Assembly (NCBI GenBank): GCA_041688155.1
Contig: JBDNIW010000005.1
Span: forward strand, 1 to 64,000
Length of the DNA: 64,000 nucleotides
Direction: 5' to 3'
Source: Minisyncoccota bacterium
GTDB lineage: Bacteria > Patescibacteriota > Minisyncoccia > Phycocordibacterales > UBA918
This document shows positions 55,561-64,000 of the stretch, piece after piece. The first letter of the stretch is position 1; the number at the start of each line of letters is the position of its first letter. Under the pieces are notes generated by a model. That model was not told the DNA's origin. It did no database searches and saw only the letters and a list, made by a program, of their open reading frames with translations. A program made the position numbers and the translations under genes.

Positions 55561-57906
55561 ATGCAACGATTCCTACCAGCCTTACGACCACGCACCTGGC
55601 TCATCCTGGCTGGTTTGCTGGTGCTAGTGGGATTGTTGTTGCCGCTTGACGTCATCCACGGCGAAAGTTTGCTTGACGGAGAAGGTCCCATCAGAAGATT
55701 CCTGTTTGGGGTAATCATCAACCTCACTGGATGGTTTTTGTGGCTCGGGGGAGCTATCCTCGACTACGGCGTTAACGCCTTTGTAATCAACTTTGGGACT
55801 AACTTCAACCAAAACGGTGTCGGGGTAGCGGTCAACCAACTGTGGGTGATTGTGCGCGATTTCTTCAACATCTTGTTTATCTTTGGGTTGGTGTACATCG
55901 GTTTCAAAATGATCCTCAACAGTGACGACTCCCAGACCAAACAAACCCTGGTGTATCTGATTATGGCGGCGCTGCTGATCAACTTTAGTTTGTTTATCAC
56001 CAAATTCGTGGTTGATTTTACCAACGTCCTAGCGAGTGAGGTAGCGGTCGCGGGGTTTGCTGCCGCTACCGGAGGGGGAACTGAGATAGATGGTAATGCC
56101 CGCAACAACGTGGCTATTGGTGATACCTTCTTCAGGTTGATGGGCATTCAGCAGAATGTCCTCTTGACCCCAGTGGGAATAGAAAGTAATAAAACATCGC
56201 CCTGGTCGTACATATTTGGAGTTGGAATTATCAACATCATCGGAGCGTTTGCGTTTGGGGTCGGGGGGATTATGTTGATTATTCGGTTCGTCGCCCTATC
56301 GGTGTACATGGTGCTGTCACCGTTTATGTTCCTAGGGTGGATATTTCCTGGATTCCAGAGTATGAGTAGCAAGTACTGGAGCGGATTCCTCAAACAAGCC
56401 TTCTACGCCCCAGTGTACATCGTGATGATTTTCTTCGCGGCGACGATTCTCAATAACTTCTTTCGAGTCGGAGGATCATTTGAAAATGCAAATCTGGGTA
56501 GTTTGGCTGGTGATGAAGGATTGCTTGGATCAATAGGAGGGGAGGCAGTAGTGTTCGGTGCTGGACTAGCTCCATTTATCCTCTCCGCTGCTTTCCTCAT
56601 CGCCGCCGTCCAAGTAGCCGGCAAACTAAGCGCCGACGGCAGCACCGTCATGAGTAAAGTAGGTGGTGCTGTACAATCCCGAGTGCGGGGGGCCATACGT
56701 GGAACTGGCAGATTCGCTGCCAGGAATACGCTTGGGTATGGGGCTAGAGGTGCAGGGTTAGCTGGTGAAGCTGGACGCAGGAGGCTTAATCGCCTCACAT
56801 CATCAATGGCACAAAGTGACAGGTTTGGTGCACGCACATTGGCTCGTGGTTTGGATGGTAGCGTTGGAGCCGGACTTGATACAGTAGCTAGAGCTAGAGT
56901 AGCTGGTTCAGAAACCGCAGCCGAAAAGCGTACTCGTATTGACGCAGCCCAAGTACGATTTAATAATACTGCAACAGAAAATCAGCGGGCGACTGATCTA
57001 ACCGCAGCACGAGCTGCCTTAGCTGCCGCTTCCATACCTGCTGATCGGAAAACAGCTGAAAACAAAATCAAGAAACTTACTGGTAAAATGTCTACTGCAG
57101 AACTACAAAATCTGGCACCAGCTGAGCTCAAGACACTGATGGAATCAGGTTTAGTGAACAGTACTAAAATGAAGGAACTAGCCGGTACCGGCCAGTTCTC
57201 TAATGCTTACATGAAAGCTGCTGGCAAAAAGAGAGAGGAAGCATTATTTGGAGACATTGAAAAAGTGTTTGCTAAATCTAATGCCACAGCCATAGAACTC
57301 ACAACTGCAATTGAAGACCTGTCCAAAGAAATTGAGGCTATGACCGACGAAGAAAAAAGTAACGTCGATTTCAACCGCCTTAATTCACAAGTTATTGCGA
57401 GCCAACTATCAGAAAAATCAATGGACTCTATCAGAGATTCTGGGAATCTTACATCGTCTGAATTTTCAGATCTTAAGAAAACTCGCACAGCTGGTATTCA
57501 AAATATTCTCGCTACCGGACGAATTGGGGCAGAAACCAGAGATACTAATGGCAAAGTCATTAGCGCTACGCCAGCAACGGTTTCTAACACACCTGGAACC
57601 ACCGACGCAGCTGCCTTTGTCAAAAAACAGCAAGATAAACTGGTCAAAGGTAATGCCGAGACTATCGGTAAACTACCATACGAAGCTTTCTTCAACACAA
57701 CTACTGGTATCCTGACTGACGCCGGTAGAAGCATGACAGTAGATGCTATGAAAGCTATTGCAAGAACCGCTAACCTAGGTAGGGGCAGTATGTCTGCCGA
57801 TGAGCGATCTGACCTAGCGAAAGCCGTTAGATTACATAATGGTACAACTTCTAAAATGGCAGCCTACTTAGCTACACAGAAAGCAAAGGAAGATTTCCTA
57901 CTGTAA
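55561..57906 (+). CDS. Large polytopic membrane protein (VirB6/TrbL-like?) with a C-terminal coiled-coil domain
   Basis: At least six TM helices in the first roughly 380 aa, then a soluble helical domain. The VirB6 analogy rests on context alone. Confidence 0.35.
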   Translation: MQRFLPALRPRTWLILAGLLVLVGLLLPLDVIHGESLLDGEGPIRRFLFGVIINLTGWFLWLGGAILDYGVNAFVINFGTNFNQNGVGVAVNQLWVIVRDFFNILFIFGLVYIGFKMILNSDDSQTKQTLVYLIMAALLINFSLFITKFVVDFTNVLASEVAVAGFAAATGGGTEIDGNARNNVAIGDTFFRLMGIQQNVLLTPVGIESNKTSPWSYIFGVGIINIIGAFAFGVGGIMLIIRFVALSVYMVLSPFMFLGWIFPGFQSMSSKYWSGFLKQAFYAPVYIVMIFFAATILNNFFRVGGSFENANLGSLAGDEGLLGSIGGEAVVFGAGLAPFILSAAFLIAAVQVAGKLSADGSTVMSKVGGAVQSRVRGAIRGTGRFAARNTLGYGARGAGLAGEAGRRRLNRLTSSMAQSDRFGARTLARGLDGSVGAGLDTVARARVAGSETAAEKRTRIDAAQVRFNNTATENQRATDLTAARAALAAASIPADRKTAENKIKKLTGKMSTAELQNLAPAELKTLMESGLVNSTKMKELAGTGQFSNAYMKAAGKKREEALFGDIEKVFAKSNATAIELTTAIEDLSKEIEAMTDEEKSNVDFNRLNSQVIASQLSEKSMDSIRDSGNLTSSEFSDLKKTRTAGIQNILATGRIGAETRDTNGKVISATPATVSNTPGTTDAAAFVKKQQDKLVKGNAETIGKLPYEAFFNTTTGILTDAGRSMTVDAMKAIARTANLGRGSMSADERSDLAKAVRLHNGTTSKMAAYLATQKAKEDFLL

Positions 57907-57925
57907 AAGGTGATATAAATTAAGT

Positions 57926-58483
57926 ATGAACTTTACTGATCAACAACGAGACGACGCATACGGAGCTTCATCCGAAGTGCAGAAATCTCTATACGAAGGA
58001 CCAGCGAGTGGGCAAGCTCTGTATGACATAGGGAAAAACCACGGGCTAGTTGAGGTGGAAGTACGTATGTCATTTCTTATCGCCGTCGGGGACGTTGTTA
58101 TTGGCCTGGTACCACAGGCCCAACTACCTCAGCTGATGATTGAGAGGTTGGGTGTGTCGCAAGCAACTGCTATGCGGATCACCGCAGATGTGCTTGATTT
58201 TTTGGAGCCACTTGATGCAACTAAAACCGCTGCGCCGGTAGCAACCAACATCCCCATCCAAACACCAACTGCGGTCGCTGACCCTGGACCCATCTCGCTC
58301 GCAGACGAGCTCGCTGCGGCTGAAGCTACATTTCACCAACTCCAACCCATCAGAACGATGGCGGGGGATATGCAGACCCTTAAACATGACGTTCCAATCC
58401 ACCAGGCAGCCAGCCAGGAGACCCTCCTCAACGGTGACGGCAACGGAAAGAAAAACCCGGGGGCACAATGGGGTGAACAATAA
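57926..58483 (+). CDS. Hypothetical protein
   Basis: ORF within the cluster. Confidence 0.3.
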   Translation: MNFTDQQRDDAYGASSEVQKSLYEGPASGQALYDIGKNHGLVEVEVRMSFLIAVGDVVIGLVPQAQLPQLMIERLGVSQATAMRITADVLDFLEPLDATKTAAPVATNIPIQTPTAVADPGPISLADELAAAEATFHQLQPIRTMAGDMQTLKHDVPIHQAASQETLLNGDGNGKKNPGAQWGEQ

Positions 58484-58500
58484 ACCCGCGCGCAACTACG

Positions 58501-58953
58501 GTGGTGCAGTGTATACTAGAGTTATCTATGCGGTTTGAAGTACCACAATTCATCGAAATCGAAGATAAGATTTTTGGTCCCTTGACCTGGCGTCAGTTCG
58601 TATACCTTGGTGGTGGGGTGGGGATGGCGGTGGTAATGTTTTTGGTGTTTGGATTTTTAGTGTTTGTGCTGGCGGGATTGCCGATTGCGCTCCTGGCCGG
58701 TGCGCTCGCGTTTTATCCCATCAATAACCGGCCGTTCTCATATTTCCTAGAGGCTGTCTACAACTACATTGTCAGTGACCGGCTGTATCTCTGGCACCAG
58801 AAACCCGACATGGTATACAAAGAACCCACGCAAAAGAAAACTGCCGCCAGTGAGTTGTATACTATCCAAGCCTCTAACCGCGGTAGCGCCCACAAAAGTA
58901 TCACCTCGCTCACGCGCTCACTGGAATTACAAGCGCTCCAAAAACCCGAATAA
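58501..58953 (+). CDS. VirB3/PrgI-like small membrane protein
   Basis: Two adjacent TM helices (VYLGGGVGMAVVMFLVFGFLVFVLAGLPIALLAGALAF), encoded immediately upstream of the VirB4 gene, as is usual for VirB3-like genes. Confidence 0.4.
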   Translation: MVQCILELSMRFEVPQFIEIEDKIFGPLTWRQFVYLGGGVGMAVVMFLVFGFLVFVLAGLPIALLAGALAFYPINNRPFSYFLEAVYNYIVSDRLYLWHQKPDMVYKEPTQKKTAASELYTIQASNRGSAHKSITSLTRSLELQALQKPE

Positions 58954-58958
58954 GTATT

Positions 58959-59594
58959 ATGCCCAATCAAAAAGCCGCCACGCAACAATTCGTACCAATC
59001 CGTGACATCAAAGACGGGGTGGTTATCAAGCGCAACGGTGAGATGTTGACGGTCCTGCTGGCGTCGTCGGTGAACTTTGCGCTCAAGTCACTCGACGAGC
59101 AACGGGCGATATTGCAGCAGTTCCAGAGCTTTCTCAACACGCTTGATTTCAGTTTGCAGATCTACGTGCAGTCGCGCAAACTCAACATCGAGCCGTACCT
59201 CGCTATCCTAGCAGGGCTTGAGAGCAAACAAGACAACGACCTGATGAAAATCCAACTCCAAGAATACATGGAGTTTATACGCTCGTTTACCACTGACGTG
59301 GACGTGATGAGTAAGAGCTTCTTTGTAGTGATCCCGTACTCACCGACTAAACTCAACCTCTCCAAAGGTGTAAGTAGTTTCTTTTCCAGTGGGGGATCAG
59401 CGCCACTCTCTAACGACCAACAGTTCGAAGAACACCGTCTACAGCTAGAACAACGCGTCGCGATGGTCGTCCAAGGCCTAGCCGGGGTCGGTGTCCGCAC
59501 CATGAAACTCCAAAAAGACGAGTTGGTCGAACTGTACTACCACCTATACAACCCAGGTGATCCAACTGGTGCCGCTCCTAATGTACAATCATAA
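58959..59594 (+). CDS. VirB4/TraC-family N-terminal domain (split from the ATPase domain)
   Basis: FVPIRDIKDGVVIKRNGEMLTVLL... resembles the CagE/TrbE/VirB4 N-terminal domain. It ends 2 nt before the next ORF, in a different frame. Confidence 0.5.
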   Translation: MPNQKAATQQFVPIRDIKDGVVIKRNGEMLTVLLASSVNFALKSLDEQRAILQQFQSFLNTLDFSLQIYVQSRKLNIEPYLAILAGLESKQDNDLMKIQLQEYMEFIRSFTTDVDVMSKSFFVVIPYSPTKLNLSKGVSSFFSSGGSAPLSNDQQFEEHRLQLEQRVAMVVQGLAGVGVRTMKLQKDELVELYYHLYNPGDPTGAAPNVQS

Positions 59595-59596
59595 CT

Positions 59597-61393
59597 ATGG
59601 CCTTGTTCGACTTTCTACAACCGCAAACTAACCAAACCAACGATCCCTTCAAAGATCAGTTAATGACCCTGACTGATGTGATTGCCCCGTCAGCTATCAA
59701 AATCACTCCGCGTACTATTAACATCAGTGGCATCAATGCCCGGACGTACTACGCCGTATCATACCCCCGGTACCTCAACGACGGTTGGATTGAACCAGTA
59801 TTGAACCTAGCCAAAGAAATCGATGTATCTATTTTTATCCATCCCGTCGACACCGCCGAGAGCCTCAAGAAATTCCAGAAAAAAGTCGCTGAGGTCCAGA
59901 GCCAAATCAGTATCAAAGAAGAACGCGGTGAAGTCCGCGATCCACAGCTGGAGGCATCGTGGCGCAACCTCGAACAGCTACGAGACAAACTAATGCAGGC
60001 CGAAGAAAAACTGTTTGACGTGGGGTTTTATATCTCGATTTATGGTTCAGACGAGGCCACCATCGACAAAGTTGAGAACGACATCAAAGGCATGCTCGAC
60101 TCCCGGTTAATCACCATGAAACCAGCCTTTTTCCAACAGGAACAAGGCATCAAAAGTGTCTTTCCTCTCAACGACGACCTGCTGCGCGTGCACAGCAAAT
60201 TCAACTCTTCACCATTATCAAGTTTCTTCCCATTCACGTCGTTTGACCTCACCTCAGACACCGGGATCCTCTATGGTATCAACCGACACAACTCGTCGCT
60301 GATATTGTTTGACCGGTACAGTCTGACTAACTACAACTCAGTGACGTTTGCGACCTCAGGCGCCGGGAAATCATATGGACTGAAACTAGAAATCCTCCGG
60401 TCGCTGATGTTCGGGACCGAAGTCATCGTGCTCGACCCCGAGCGCGAGTACGAATACCTGGCTGAGGCCACTGGTGGACGGTTTTTTAACATTTCGCTCT
60501 CATCTGATCACCACGTCAACCCGTTTGACTTGCCGCCACCAGCCAATGACGAAGACCCACGCGACGTCCTGCGCTCACATATCATCGAACTCATCGGACT
60601 GTTCCGCCTGATGTTTGGTGGGCTAACCCCTGAGGAAGAGACCATCCTCGACCTCGCCATCCAAGAAACCTACGCCCTCAAAGACATCACTGGTGACGTT
60701 GATTTTTCAGTGATGGAACCACCGTTGCTGTCCGACTTTGAGATGGTGTTGGCCGGGATGGACGGTAGTGGACCATTGATTGCGCGGCTAACCAAGTACA
60801 CCAGCGGAACCTGGTCTGGGTTCATGAACCAACCAACCAACGTCGACATCAACCAGAAATTCGTCGTGTTTAGTCTGCGCGACATGCAAGACGAACTCAA
60901 AACCATCGCCATGTACATCATTACCAATTTCATCTGGGGCAGTGTCAGGCGGCGCTTGGCCAAACGCCTGATGGTCATCGATGAGGCCTGGTGGATGATG
61001 AAGTCAGAAGACACCGCGTCGTTCTTGTTTTCGCTCGCCAAACGTGGTCGCAAATACTACCTCGGGATTGCCACCATCACGCAGGACGTGGACGATTTCC
61101 TGCGCTCACCATACGGTGTGCCAATGATCACCAACTCCAGCATCCAGCTGCTGATGAAACAATCACCCACCGCGATTGATAACATCCAAAAAACCTTTAA
61201 CCTCACCGACGAAGAAAAATACCTACTACTGGAGTCCAACGTCGGAGAGGGGATATTTTTCGCCGGTCTCAAACACGTCGCCATCAAAATCATTGCTAGT
61301 TACACCGAAGACCAAATCATCACCTCTGACCCGTCCCAATTGCTCGCCATCAAACAAGCCCGGGCCGAGCTCGAAGCCGCCGGGTTGTCCTAG
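59597..61393 (+). CDS. virB4: VirB4/TraC-family type IV secretion ATPase (C-terminal NTPase domain)
   Basis: Walker A ATSGAGKS and Walker B LMVIDEAWW. Confidence 0.75.
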   Translation: MALFDFLQPQTNQTNDPFKDQLMTLTDVIAPSAIKITPRTINISGINARTYYAVSYPRYLNDGWIEPVLNLAKEIDVSIFIHPVDTAESLKKFQKKVAEVQSQISIKEERGEVRDPQLEASWRNLEQLRDKLMQAEEKLFDVGFYISIYGSDEATIDKVENDIKGMLDSRLITMKPAFFQQEQGIKSVFPLNDDLLRVHSKFNSSPLSSFFPFTSFDLTSDTGILYGINRHNSSLILFDRYSLTNYNSVTFATSGAGKSYGLKLEILRSLMFGTEVIVLDPEREYEYLAEATGGRFFNISLSSDHHVNPFDLPPPANDEDPRDVLRSHIIELIGLFRLMFGGLTPEEETILDLAIQETYALKDITGDVDFSVMEPPLLSDFEMVLAGMDGSGPLIARLTKYTSGTWSGFMNQPTNVDINQKFVVFSLRDMQDELKTIAMYIITNFIWGSVRRRLAKRLMVIDEAWWMMKSEDTASFLFSLAKRGRKYYLGIATITQDVDDFLRSPYGVPMITNSSIQLLMKQSPTAIDNIQKTFNLTDEEKYLLLESNVGEGIFFAGLKHVAIKIIASYTEDQIITSDPSQLLAIKQARAELEAAGLS

Positions 61394-61420
61394 AGTTGAG
61401 TGTAGTACACTGGATATAAT

Positions 61421-62257
61421 ATGGCCGTAAGCAACGTGTCCCGAAAATACAAAGACCCTGACAACCGCGGGTTGCGTGACACAGTGCCTGCGAACGAAAA
61501 CCGCCGACCGGTCAGGGGGAAAGTCGTCCCGTTCCCGACCGGGCAGGCTAGCGATAGCAACCCCCTCCACCAGACACAAGACGAAGCGTTCAGCACCCGC
61601 TACCAAAACCCCTGGACCAGGAATGATGAAAACGTAGCCAAACAGCGAATCAATCGCGTCGAGCGCCAATACGCCCCAGCGGCCGAGCCCAGCTACAGAG
61701 AAACTCGGATCCCAATTATCCGAAAAAAAGTCAAACACAAGGTACCAACGAGCGAGAAAGTAATCGCCCGATTGAAAGTTTCCGCGATTAACGGGTGGGT
61801 GATTAGTTGGGCAGCAGCCTGGTATTTTTCTTTTCAATGGTGGCTTTCATTACTGAGTTTAACTGGACTAGGAATGGCTGTCGCTGCGTACGCAATTATA
61901 GATTCTATTGAAGAAACGTTTCTAGGAGGTGTATTGACGTTCTTTATTGGTAGTGCTGAGGATGGATTGAGTGGGGATGGGATTATAAATAAAGTTATAG
62001 CTGGTGCTTTTTCTTTATTTGGTATAAGTTTTGATCCGCTTTTATTGTTTATAGCACCTTCTGCCATTTTATTAATAGTTGGTGTGGCGCAACTACTCAT
62101 AACTTGGTTTATGTATAGTGGTGCCCGAGTAAAATCGCTTTCAGGAACACACGGCGGTTTAAAACAGCTATCATTTGTATTAGCACTTATTTCATCAGTT
62201 ACTCCAATTCCATTGATTTTTATTTGGATAGCTGTTGTATGGGCATATCCTAAATGA
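61421..62257 (+). CDS. Hypothetical membrane protein with an Arg-rich N-terminus
   Basis: Four TM helices in the C-terminal half. Confidence 0.35.
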   Translation: MAVSNVSRKYKDPDNRGLRDTVPANENRRPVRGKVVPFPTGQASDSNPLHQTQDEAFSTRYQNPWTRNDENVAKQRINRVERQYAPAAEPSYRETRIPIIRKKVKHKVPTSEKVIARLKVSAINGWVISWAAAWYFSFQWWLSLLSLTGLGMAVAAYAIIDSIEETFLGGVLTFFIGSAEDGLSGDGIINKVIAGAFSLFGISFDPLLLFIAPSAILLIVGVAQLLITWFMYSGARVKSLSGTHGGLKQLSFVLALISSVTPIPLIFIWIAVVWAYPK

Positions 62258-62294
62258 AAGCCCCACAGCCAGGTTGGCTGTGGGGTGATGTACT

Positions 62295-62576
62295 TCAACC
62301 AACGCGGAAGAAGTGATATGGAGGGATGTTGCCATCGGCATCTAGGAAGTCCCTTATGTTTGGGTTGAGGTCCTCAACCTCGTTGACGGTTCGGAAGGCT
62401 GGGAGAAAGTTGCCCTCTTGGAAAGGAATTGGATTTCTCCCAACCTGACAAACAGCACCCGAGTTTACTGTTTTGGAACAATCTTGATTGATGAACACCA
62501 CGTCTTGGGCGAAAGCCGGGAGGGTTGCGACGGCCAGAGCTGCCACGGTGAGAAGGGAAGCGACGAAACGTTTCAT
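62295..62576 (-). CDS. Small secreted hypothetical protein
   Basis: Likely start MKRFVASLLTVAALAVATLPAFA, which reads as a signal peptide. Confidence 0.35.
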   Translation of the reverse strand: MKRFVASLLTVAALAVATLPAFAQDVVFINQDCSKTVNSGAVCQVGRNPIPFQEGNFLPAFRTVNEVEDLNPNIRDFLDADGNIPPYHFFRVG

Positions 62577-62808
62577 TTCAGTAGTCCTTTCGTTTTGGGC
62601 GACAGGCTGTCGCGAGGATTGAAGTGTGGCGAACCACAGTGGAAAAGTGCTGTTGACACAAATGTGTCCTACATTCATATATACCACCTAAACCCGTAAA
62701 GCACAAGGGGTTGTGTCCACTCTTTTGCGGGTACAACCTGGGGATAGATGGGGGATAGTTCGTATAACTTGGCTGTTCTCTGGCAAGGTTCTGCTACTAT
62801 ATAGGTAT

Positions 62809-63786
62809 ATGTGGTACCGCTACTGCTTTTTATTTATCTTGGTTATCCTGCCGGTTGTTAGTGCAGCGCAGCTGGGTAATTTTGACAGCCTCACCTCTGG
62901 CGGGCAACAACCGACTATCACCCTCGACCCGCGGTTCCCTGGACCAGGTGAGTCGTTTACCGCCACTCTGCAGGACTACAGCGGTACGGTGTTTGGATCA
63001 CAGATCACCTGGAGGTATAACGACGTCGACATCCCTGACGGACTAAACAAACGCTCAATCGAGCTCACCGCCGGTGCCGCTGGAACCAGCAACCGTCTGG
63101 TAGCGGGGCTGCGCACAGTAGAGGAGCGTACCGCGGAAGTCAGTATCACCATCAACCCCATCTTCCTTGATATCATCGTTGAGCCTCAAACTCGGGTACC
63201 AGATTGGTACATCGGCCGCGCCTTGCCGAGCTACACCAGCCAGGTCAACGCCACGGCACTACTGCACGATGGGACTAGGTTCCTGGATCAGACCCAGCTC
63301 GTGTATTCCTGGCGGGTAAACCAAAACCAAATTGACGGCGGTACTATCCGCGGTGGAAACAAAGTGTCGTTCGCGACTCCACGTGGTTCAATGCCAACCC
63401 TAGTAGTAAGTGTCATTAACCTGCAAGGCGAGATGATTGCCAGTCGCGCCCTCGCTATGCCGAGTGTCTTGCCCGAGCTCGTCTACTACGAGAAACACGC
63501 CCTCTATGGGTTGAGTCGACTGTCGATCAACTCTTCAGCTGCTTTGATCGGTAACGTCCTGACGTTGCAGGCCGAGCCGTATTTCCTTGATACTCGTGTA
63601 TACAACCAGCCAGACGTCGCGGAGTGGGAGATCAACGGTGTGGTAACCAACAACGGCAGCAACAACCCCTATGAGATCACCCTCAGTCGCGGAGGGGCGA
63701 GTGGTCGGACGCTGCTCAATTTCCACGTACGGTCACTACAAGAAGTATTACAAGGGGTCGAAGACCGGGTAATGATTAATTTTTAA
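62809..63786 (+). CDS. Secreted hypothetical protein
   Basis: Likely start MWYRYCFLFILVILPVVSAA (signal peptide). Confidence 0.4.
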   Translation: MWYRYCFLFILVILPVVSAAQLGNFDSLTSGGQQPTITLDPRFPGPGESFTATLQDYSGTVFGSQITWRYNDVDIPDGLNKRSIELTAGAAGTSNRLVAGLRTVEERTAEVSITINPIFLDIIVEPQTRVPDWYIGRALPSYTSQVNATALLHDGTRFLDQTQLVYSWRVNQNQIDGGTIRGGNKVSFATPRGSMPTLVVSVINLQGEMIASRALAMPSVLPELVYYEKHALYGLSRLSINSSAALIGNVLTLQAEPYFLDTRVYNQPDVAEWEINGVVTNNGSNNPYEITLSRGGASGRTLLNFHVRSLQEVLQGVEDRVMINF

Positions 63787-63788
63787 GT

Positions 63789-64000
63789 ATGAAACGCACC
63801 ATACTGATAGTGAGTGGCGTGGCTGTAGTACTGCTGTTGATCGGTGTCTGGGCGTATATTCTATTCACCGGCACAACTAGTGAGACAATTTCGTTTAATG
63901 ATTTTGGGTTTGGTGATACAACCGACCCGACGGTGTTGTTGCCAGTAATCGAAGAGACCGAACCAGACCCAGTGGCTGGTGGCCCCAATGAACGTCTACG
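63789..64000 (+). CDS. Hypothetical membrane-anchored protein (partial, runs off the window)
   Basis: MKRTILIVSGVAVVLLLIGVWAYILF, an N-terminal TM. Confidence 0.4.
   Translation, partial: MKRTILIVSGVAVVLLLIGVWAYILFTGTTSETISFNDFGFGDTTDPTVLLPVIEETEPDPVAGGPNERL

Noticed and set aside
54116-57488. Multiple minus-strand ORFs across the T4SS-like cluster.
   Set aside because: They are antisense to tightly packed plus-strand genes with membrane-protein character and have no independent support.

Overview
This 64-kb window has high coding density and roughly 50% GC, punctuated by AT-rich islands. It reads like an accessory-rich stretch of a small, streamlined genome, possibly a CPR/Saccharibacteria-like lineage, though that is a guess from gene content.

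Recognisable housekeeping genes:
- corA, cca and xth
- rpsO and pnp, with a NYN/LabA-like gene between them
- comM/yifB, ksgA/rsmA and a cold-shock protein gene
- a uvrD/pcrA helicase that carries an intein
- three tRNA genes: Gly-TCC, Gly-GCC and Arg-TCG

Accessory content:
1. A defence/addiction island at about 23.6-30.1 kb. It holds an MmeI-like type IIG restriction-modification gene, an unknown AT-rich gene, a truncated Abi_2 gene, a hicAB cassette bracketed by 30-bp hairpin direct repeats, mazEF and an ASCH gene.
2. Two further toxin-antitoxin pairs elsewhere: a Phd-like antitoxin with a MazF/PemK toxin at 8.2-8.75 kb, and RelB/DinJ-RelE at 48.0-48.5 kb.
3. A type-IV-secretion-like membrane cluster at 53-62 kb. 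Its VirB4 ATPase is split across two frames, and a VirB3-like gene and large polytopic membrane proteins sit alongside.
4. A repeat-rich locus at 9.7-16.9 kb. Two paralogous secreted proteins share N-terminal and C-terminal modules; one has an LCAT/PGAP1-like alpha/beta-hydrolase core. Two families of direct repeats, R1 and R2, flank them. R1 is followed by a tandem array of three short structured elements. Each element ends in the same tRNA-like T-arm/acceptor sequence (CGATTCCCCGCTCCCCGACA) and is followed by its own intrinsic terminator hairpin.

The tandem-element array is the most unusual thing I can see, and I cannot place it in any known RNA or mobile-element class.

Coordinates may be off by 1-2 nt where I re-derived start codons by hand.
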